A stretch of 64,000 nt of DNA from Octopus sinensis (taxonomy: Eukaryota): NCBI RefSeq assembly GCF_006345805.1, contig NC_043006.1:28148001-28212000 (forward strand), written 5' to 3'. The translations under genes and the position numbers were made by a program. Below, piece by piece: positions 61,501 to 64,000 of this stretch; position 1 is the first letter of the stretch, and every line of letters starts with the position of its first letter. The notes below the pieces were generated by a model, which was not told the DNA's origin, searched no databases, and saw nothing but the letters and a program-made list of their open reading frames with translations.

Positions 61501-62832
61501 TGAATGTTATGGCTTTACCCTTTAGCATTTAAACTGGCCATATTCGGCCCAAATATTCAACCCCGTTTTATATTCAAACCAGCCAGATCTAGCCTTTCAC
61601 ACCTACCCTACAATGTCATTTTAAAATTAAACAATCATATCATTAAAATTTCGTAGATATGTGATAATGCTTAATTAATTCAAAACAATATGAATAAATA
61701 AGCATTATATTTGACAGTGTAATCTCAATGTTAAATAGTTAATTATTCACCAAATATCAACAATAAAGTGGTGTGACAGACATAAAATTTATTAATTCCC
61801 ATTTTAAAATTTGTTTTTGATGATGAAAATGCTGAATTCACATATAGCTATTGCTGTAGTTTTTTAACTCTAGGTTAGCTCTGATCAAACAGACTTATGA
61901 TCTAAGTGATGATTAGCCCTTCACTTCCCCAGGTACTGTGTACCTGGAGGAATCAATATTCATGTTTTGGTTTATTCTGAAATTCTTTATTACAGTTCAC
62001 GACGAGGTTATTGTTTGGAAGATGCTCCAAAAGAAAAAGATTTTGAATTCACTGATGAGTTACCAGGGAGAAATCATAATGTAGATGAACAGTGTAAACT
62101 TCAATTCTTCTCTAAGTCAACAGAATGCAAACCTCTGGTAAGTTTGTGAGAACTCAAACAGTAATATATCATCATCCCCATCATTGTTGTTGTGTTGTTG
62201 TTGTTGTCATTGACTCAACTGCTTTGTGGTATTTCTTCCAACTTTTTTCATTCAAATTCTGCTAAAGTTAACCTTGTCTTTCATCCTTTTCGGGTAGACA
62301 AAATAAATTTTCAGTCAAGTACAGGGGCTGATATAATGAACTCTGCCCTCTCCATCAAAAACTGCTGGGCTTGTATCAGAATATGAATAAATAATAACAA
62401 TCATGATAATAATAATAATGATTTCAAATTTTGGCACAAGGCCAGCAAGTTTGGGGAGGGGGTAAGTCGATTACATCGATCCCAGTGTTTAACTGGTACT
62501 TATTTTATTGACCCCCAAAAGGACAACAGGCAAAGTTGACCCTGGTGGCATTTGAATTTAGAAAGTAAAGTTGGGAGAAATACTGCTAAGCATTTTGCCT
62601 GGCATGCTAACGATCCTGCCAGCTTGCCACCTTGATGATGATGATGACGACGACGACGACGGTGGTGGTGGCGGTGGTGGTGGTGGTGGTTCTTGTTAAT
62701 TTTTGCTGTTTTGTCTTTTAGGAGGTCTGTCAACAGCTGTGGTGTTTGAATTCCAGTGGGAAATGTGTCACCAATGGTATACCTGCTGCTGATGGTTCTG
62801 AATGCCAGATGCCACGCAGACGGAAAAAGGGG
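9217..62832 (+). CDS. ADAMTS6: ADAMTS6/10-clade metalloprotease, partial gene model: join(9217..9883,46963..47366,48798..48948,51830..52038,53885..53968,55380..55525,56649..56692,58268..58373,58809..58955,61996..62137,62722..62832); continues 3' of window
   Basis: All introns GT..AG with matching phases (1,0,1,0,0,2,1,2,2,0). The joined 2211 nt is open. Catalytic region [57 protein letters not shown] closely resembles vertebrate ADAMTS6 as I recall it. Exon 1 is less certain than the rest. Confidence 0.88.
13873..13980. repeat. 12-bp minisatellite (ATCTGTATGAGT)n
   Basis: About 7-8 near-perfect tandem units. Confidence 0.9.
14318..14795. repeat. Long inverted repeat (arms 14318-14483 and 14629-14795), fold-back element
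   Basis: Arms of about 165 bp are near-perfect reverse complements (ATAATAGTTATCGCC...GACCGGCAGCT / AGCTGCCGGTC...GGCGATAACTATTAT). Confidence 0.92.
14873..15061. repeat. Palindrome of non-repetitive-looking arms around a (TA)n core
   Basis: Arms 14873-14930 and 15004-15061 are reverse complements; centre is almost pure TA. Confidence 0.9.
15092..15324 (+). mobile_element. SINE family A monomer with tail1
   Basis: Complete head to GTAGTAAAGAAATA; TAGGTATAT on both flanks. Confidence 0.9.
15745..16330 (-). mobile_element. RTE (BovB-like) LINE ORF2 fragment, decayed
   Basis: Frameshifted minus-strand peptides [34 protein letters not shown]...FLDNI...AICFLK, as in the RTE endonuclease-RT linker. 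Confidence 0.7.
16830..17405 (+). mobile_element. SINE family A trimer
   Basis: Junctions AAAGAAATA|GGTATT at 17061/2 and 17234/5; ends in tail2 (TTGTGCCTAGAGTAGAAAAGAAT). Confidence 0.88.
17519..17878. repeat. Long inverted repeat (arms 17540-17665 and 17724-17849, plus short outer arms)
   Basis: CAGTTAGGTGATACAAAA...GGCTGA versus TCAGCC...TTTTGTATCACCTAACTG. Confidence 0.92.
19420..20490 (-). mobile_element. SINE family A multimer (minus) interrupted by a plus-strand family A copy at 20123-20351
   Basis: Junctions at 19651/2, 19825/6, 20010/1; insert flanked by 13-bp TSD GGTACTTATTTAA (20110-20122, 20352-20364). Confidence 0.88.
20940..21260 (-). mobile_element. SINE family A joined to an older diverged body
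   Basis: Junction AAAGAAATA|GGTATT at 21030/21031. Confidence 0.8.
24216..24475. repeat. 147-bp tandem duplication
   Basis: GCCGAAAACAATC...GGTCCGGATTCGGCCCGGAATGTTTTTAATTT at 24240 and 24387. Confidence 0.85.
25445..26135 (-). mobile_element. 5'-truncated CR1-type LINE with (ATT)n tail
   Basis: ORF 25518-26081: [52 protein letters not shown]; (AAT)n at 25446-25468 on plus. Confidence 0.93.
27345..27759. mobile_element. Non-autonomous TIR DNA transposon, 6-bp TSD AAATAT
   Basis: TIR (G)GGATCTTTTCGGTTTGAACGGCAGTTTTT / AAAAACTGCCGTTCAAACCGAAAAGATCCC; TSD at 27339-27344 and 27760-27765. Confidence 0.92.
28448..29033 (+). mobile_element. SINE family A trimer
   Basis: Junctions at 28680/1 and 28864/5; units about 184 bp; ends in tail2. 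Confidence 0.9.
30743..30880. repeat. 69-bp tandem duplication
   Basis: GTGCTGCA.CATGC.TTTGCTGATCT...TTCTCTCTTCAGACTCC twice. Confidence 0.8.
32000..32198. mobile_element. Fold-back / MITE-like palindrome
   Basis: Arms of about 90 bp (ATAACAATAATTAAGGG...GCTATTTCTTT) are near-perfect reverse complements with a short spacer, in TA-rich flanks. Confidence 0.85.
32389..32999 (-). mobile_element. Solo LTR-like element, same family as 43662-44307
   Basis: TG...CA ends on minus; colinear similarity to 43662-44307. No clean TSD seen. Confidence 0.75.
33010..33430 (-). mobile_element. Possible decayed 3' end of a Penelope-like element (GIY-YIG C-terminus plus terminal repeat)
   Basis: Frameshifted REQ.YIS.K.E-like motif, followed downstream by a CTGATGAG remnant. 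Weak. Confidence 0.35.
34794..35165. repeat. 107-bp minisatellite, about 3.5 copies
   Basis: Unit starts (GATAAGACAGTAAGGTGTGATTTG) at 34794, 34901, 35008, 35111. Confidence 0.93.
35524..35846. mobile_element. Penelope-type inverted terminal structure (119-bp arms 35524-35642 / 35664-35782 plus unpaired extension)
   Basis: Near-perfect palindrome with a hammerhead-like motif at the inner edge; related copy at 39589-39804. The Penelope assignment is inferred from the architecture. Confidence 0.7.
35602..35652 (-). ncRNA. Minimal type-I hammerhead-like motif, G3-C8 covariant core
   Basis: TTTGTCA|GTGAACA|G|GTCGC-GGTCTGAAA-GCGAC|GAA|AATATT|T|TGGCAAA: 7-bp stem I, 5-bp stem II, palindromic stem III. 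Confidence 0.65.
35946..36340 (+). mobile_element. Non-autonomous Helitron (family H2)
   Basis: A|TCTTTATATATAAAAG...CCCGAGCAACGCCGGG...CTAG|T. Confidence 0.85.
36366..36727 (-). mobile_element. Non-autonomous Helitron (family H1)
   Basis: Reverse-complement match to 1566-1946; A|TC...CTAG|T on minus. Confidence 0.88.
36780..38810 (-). mobile_element. pogo/Tigger DNA transposon, decayed transposase, interrupted at about 37420-38070
   Basis: YNMDETG (about 38610-38630), [44 protein letters not shown] motifs. Confidence 0.88.
39116..39365. repeat. GATA-rich compound tandem repeat (GTAGATAGTTTGAGAG units plus a roughly 60-80 bp higher-order repeat)
   Basis: GGTAGATAAAAA...GCTAGTAGGT.GGCAGTTAGAC occurs three times. 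Confidence 0.8.
39589..39804. mobile_element. Second copy of the 35524 palindromic element with the centre (hammerhead region) missing
   Basis: GAAGGTGTTTGTAAGCCATTTAAGAAACACACAAAA arms in inverted orientation, short spacer. Confidence 0.8.
41935..42170 (+). mobile_element. Old tRNA-derived SINE (related remnants at about 12235-12480 and 63615-63715)
   Basis: A box TGGTTTAGTGGTTAG, B box GGTTTCGATTTC, CCCATCCAGG segment. Confidence 0.6.
42214..42445 (+). mobile_element. SINE family A monomer with tail1
   Basis: Full head to GGCAGTAAAAAAATA, followed by GGTAC. Confidence 0.88.
42790..44375 (+). mobile_element. Ty3/Gypsy pol fragment (RT, RNase H, linker), split by a solo LTR
   Basis: YLDD at 42840-42851; [27 protein letters not shown]; PLEET|[12 protein letters not shown] resumes at 44309. 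Confidence 0.92.
43662..44307 (+). mobile_element. Solo LTR inserted in Gypsy pol
   Basis: TGTA...TACA ends, 4-bp TSD GACT/AACT (1 mismatch), TATATAA at 43844, AATAAA at 44145. Confidence 0.8.
44378..45450 (+). mobile_element. L1/Tx1-type LINE 3' fragment
   Basis: [42 protein letters not shown]...TVLHA zinc-finger motif (44869-44883); AATAAA near 45445. Confidence 0.8.
46125..46750 (+). mobile_element. tRNA-derived SINE family D containing a nested related SINE (46346-46643)
   Basis: Host A box TGGCCCAGTGGTTAG. Insert flanked by ACATGT(GT)CTGTG duplication. Uninterrupted host-family copy at 61068-61445 (-). Confidence 0.85.
46963..47366 (+). CDS. ADAMTS6: ADAMTS exon: propeptide ([26 protein letters not shown]...RKKRQ...[18 protein letters not shown]...ALSNCHGL)
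   Basis: Polypyrimidine + TTACAG acceptor, GTAAGT donor; typical reprolysin propeptide motifs ([14 protein letters not shown], AALSNCxGL). Confidence 0.95.
48798..48948 (+). CDS. ADAMTS6: ADAMTS exon: end of propeptide with cysteine switch ([16 protein letters not shown]...PHIVYKKS...AHCGVK)
   Basis: TTCAG acceptor, GTAGG donor; YFVEPL, HIVYK and HCG motifs. Confidence 0.95.
49556..50335 (-). mobile_element. Penelope-like element RT fragment, decayed
   Basis: [40 protein letters not shown] (RYIDD-equivalent), [12 protein letters not shown]...FLDISI. Confidence 0.88.
51830..52038 (+). CDS. ADAMTS6: ADAMTS exon: furin site and start of catalytic domain (RWRKKKR|[23 protein letters not shown]...ILTIMNI)
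   Basis: CAG acceptor phase 1, GTAAGT donor; VETLVVAD motif. Confidence 0.96.
52271..53388 (+). mobile_element. mariner DNA transposon, both TIRs present, transposase disrupted and internally deleted
   Basis: TIRs GTAGACTGAAAAGTTCATAAG / CCTATGAACTTTTCAGCTAAC; [38 protein letters not shown] motifs. Confidence 0.9.
53885..53968 (+). CDS. ADAMTS6: ADAMTS exon: catalytic domain ([28 protein letters not shown])
   Basis: TCAG acceptor, CAG|GTAGGT donor, 84 nt phase 0-0. Confidence 0.96.
54636..54868 (+). mobile_element. SINE family A inserted into the TA microsatellite of a family B SINE
   Basis: Family B 5' half at 54450-54590 and 3' half at 54900-55115 flank a full family A copy. Confidence 0.85.
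55380..55525 (+). CDS. ADAMTS6: ADAMTS exon: catalytic domain ([20 protein letters not shown]...[13 protein letters not shown])
   Basis: GGCAG acceptor, AG|GTTAGT donor; SFCxWQ and [10 protein letters not shown] motifs. Confidence 0.96.
55790..56170 (-). mobile_element. SINE/LINE-tail family C remnants
   Basis: GGTTGGCAGTAGGAAGGGCATCTAGCCGTAG on minus; same family as 63192-63492 and 60070-60225. Confidence 0.6.
56649..56692 (+). CDS. ADAMTS6: ADAMTS 44-nt exon ([15 protein letters not shown])
   Basis: TTTCAG acceptor, G|GTAAGT donor; phases fit both neighbours. Confidence 0.95.
58099..58145 (-). ncRNA. Minimal type-I hammerhead-like motif, U3-A8 covariant core
   Basis: GTC-AAAA-CTA|TCGAAAA|G|GTTGC-AAGAC-GCAAC|GAA|AATT|T|TAG-GAC; inside a ~143-bp segment flanked by 18-bp direct repeats. 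Confidence 0.6.
58268..58373 (+). CDS. ADAMTS6: ADAMTS exon: first half of zinc-binding motif ([34 protein letters not shown])
   Basis: TTCAG acceptor, AA|GTAGGT donor; HExxH motif. Confidence 0.97.
58809..58955 (+). CDS. ADAMTS6: ADAMTS exon: third zinc ligand and Met-turn ([14 protein letters not shown]...KIMAAHLT...[13 protein letters not shown])
   Basis: TTTTCAG acceptor, GA|GTAAAC donor; completes HEIGHNFGMQHD. Confidence 0.97.
59341..59774. mobile_element. Second copy of the TIR element, 6-bp TSD GAATTT
   Basis: Same TIRs as 27345-27759; TSD at 59335-59340 and 59775-59780; internal TTAGGG-like repeats. Confidence 0.92.
61068..61445 (-). mobile_element. SINE family D, near full length
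   Basis: Minus-strand head GGAGGTGCAATGCCCCAGTGGTTAGGGCAGC, B box GTTTCGATTCCC, tail matches 46657-46750. Confidence 0.88.
61996..62137 (+). CDS. ADAMTS6: ADAMTS exon: catalytic end / disintegrin-like start ([12 protein letters not shown]...[16 protein letters not shown]...CKPL)
   Basis: TACAG acceptor, GTAAGT donor; CLxD-P and PG..DEQC motifs. Confidence 0.96.
62240..62630. mobile_element. Two older SINE family A copies (62240-62390 plus; 62410-62630 minus)
   Basis: Family A body and tail motifs in opposite orientations. Confidence 0.7.
62722..62832 (+). CDS. ADAMTS6: ADAMTS exon: disintegrin-like domain ([37 protein letters not shown])
   Basis: TTTTAG acceptor, GTCAGT donor, 111 nt; VC..LWC...C.T..IPAADG..C pattern. 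Confidence 0.95.
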
Positions 62833-63191
62833 GTCAGTAACATTAATTTATAATGTACAATTTCTTTTTCTTTTGTTCGTTTATCATTAAAATAACAAAG
62901 ATGAGGAAAATCAGCTTCATGATCATGACTCAAAATATTATCCGTAGCCAATAATACAAAAAAAAAATTTCATGTTTTGAAAAGTTAAAATATAATAATT
63001 TAAGAATGACATTTATGTTATGAAGAAATGGTCAAGTGTACAGCATTAGATATTAGTTTCAAATTTTGGCACAAGGCCAGCAAGTTTTGGGGAAGGATGT
63101 AAATCAATTATATTGACCCCAGTGTTCAACTGGTACTTATTTTATTGATCCTGAAAATTTGAAAGGTAAAATTGACCTCAGTGGAATTTTA

Positions 63192-63492
63192 GGGCACCAT
63201 TCAAGTGTGATCGTTACCAACGTCGCCTTACTGGCACCTGTGCTGGTGGCATGTGTAAAAGGATTTGAGCGAGGTCATTGCCAGTACCGCCTGACTGGCC
63301 CCCGTGCCGTGGCATGTAAAAAGCACCCACTACACTCTCGGAGTGGTTGGCGTTAGGAAGGGCATCCAGCTGTAGAAACTCTGTCAGATCAAGATTGGAG
63401 CCTGGTGCAGCCATCTGGTTCGCCAGCCCTCAGTCAAAATCGTCCAACCCATGCTAGCATGGAAAGTGGACGTTAAACGATGATGGTGATGA
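63192..63492 (+). mobile_element. Family C retroelement with (GAT)n tail, inserted in a minus-strand family A SINE (63055-63565)
   Basis: GTTGGCGTTAGGAAGGGCATCCAGCTGTAG...CCAACCCATGCTAGCATGGAAAGTGGACGTTAAACGATGATG; host body left, host head right. Confidence 0.75.
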
Positions 63493-64000
63493 ATATAAAG
63501 ATGAATGAAATGCTGCTAAGCATTTTGACTGGTGTGCTAACAATTCTGCCAGCTCACCACCTTACCCAGCATTAAATATTAACCATTGTCTTGGTTGGGT
63601 GTGAATATATATAGCTTGGTGGCTAGGGTGTTGGCTTTATGATTGTAAATTTATGGGTTCAATTCTTGAATGGGAGCAAAGCACTTCATTTCACATTGCT
63701 CCAGCTTATACAGTTGAAAAGGTCAGTTGTTAGAATACTGGCATGGCTCTTTCTTTCCAGCTGCCACATGCTTGATGTTCTGCTGGAATGTGGGCAGTCT
63801 TAGAGGCTGTGTATGTCTGATCTCGACTACACAAGCATCTAAAAAACTAGCAGAAAGGTGAGAAGGCCATGAAAGTGGCTATGTCTGTTTATGAGTACAT
63901 AGATGGTTGTTGCTAGTGCTGGTGCTACCCCTGCAAAAAGAAAGCAAAAGCAAAAAAAAAAAGCAAAAACAAAAAAAAAAACAAGAACAGTACTCTCTGT

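Overview
AT-rich, microsatellite- and transposon-dense animal genomic DNA. The SINE families and (TATG)/(TATC)/(CA) content look like an Octopus-type coleoid cephalopod genome (inference, no database check possible). One host gene is present: a plus-strand ADAMTS metalloprotease of the ADAMTS6/10 clade. I assembled it by hand from 10 confident exons (46963-62832: prodomain, Cys-switch, furin site, reprolysin domain with HEIGHNFGMQHD, disintegrin-like domain; the gene continues past the window) plus a probable first coding exon at 9217-9883. That exon is separated by a ~37-kb intron; all splice phases are compatible (2211 nt, 737 codons). The rest is mobile DNA: several tRNA-derived SINE families, CR1-, RTE- and Tx1-type LINE fragments, Penelope-like fragments, Gypsy with a nested solo LTR, mariner, pogo/Tigger, Helitrons, a TIR element with 6-bp TSDs, and six long fold-back palindromes. 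Best leads: (1) three minimal type-I hammerhead-ribozyme-like motifs with three different Watson-Crick 3-8 core pairs (C-G, G-C, U-A), all on the minus strand (antisense to the gene); (2) a SINE whose 3' end is repeatedly joined to a GGTA site in its own family, building multimers; (3) an apparent ~180-aa low-complexity extension ahead of the ADAMTS signal-like segment. No prokaryote-style system (CRISPR etc.) is present. All calls are by eye; TE boundaries are approximate unless TSD/TIR evidence is given.
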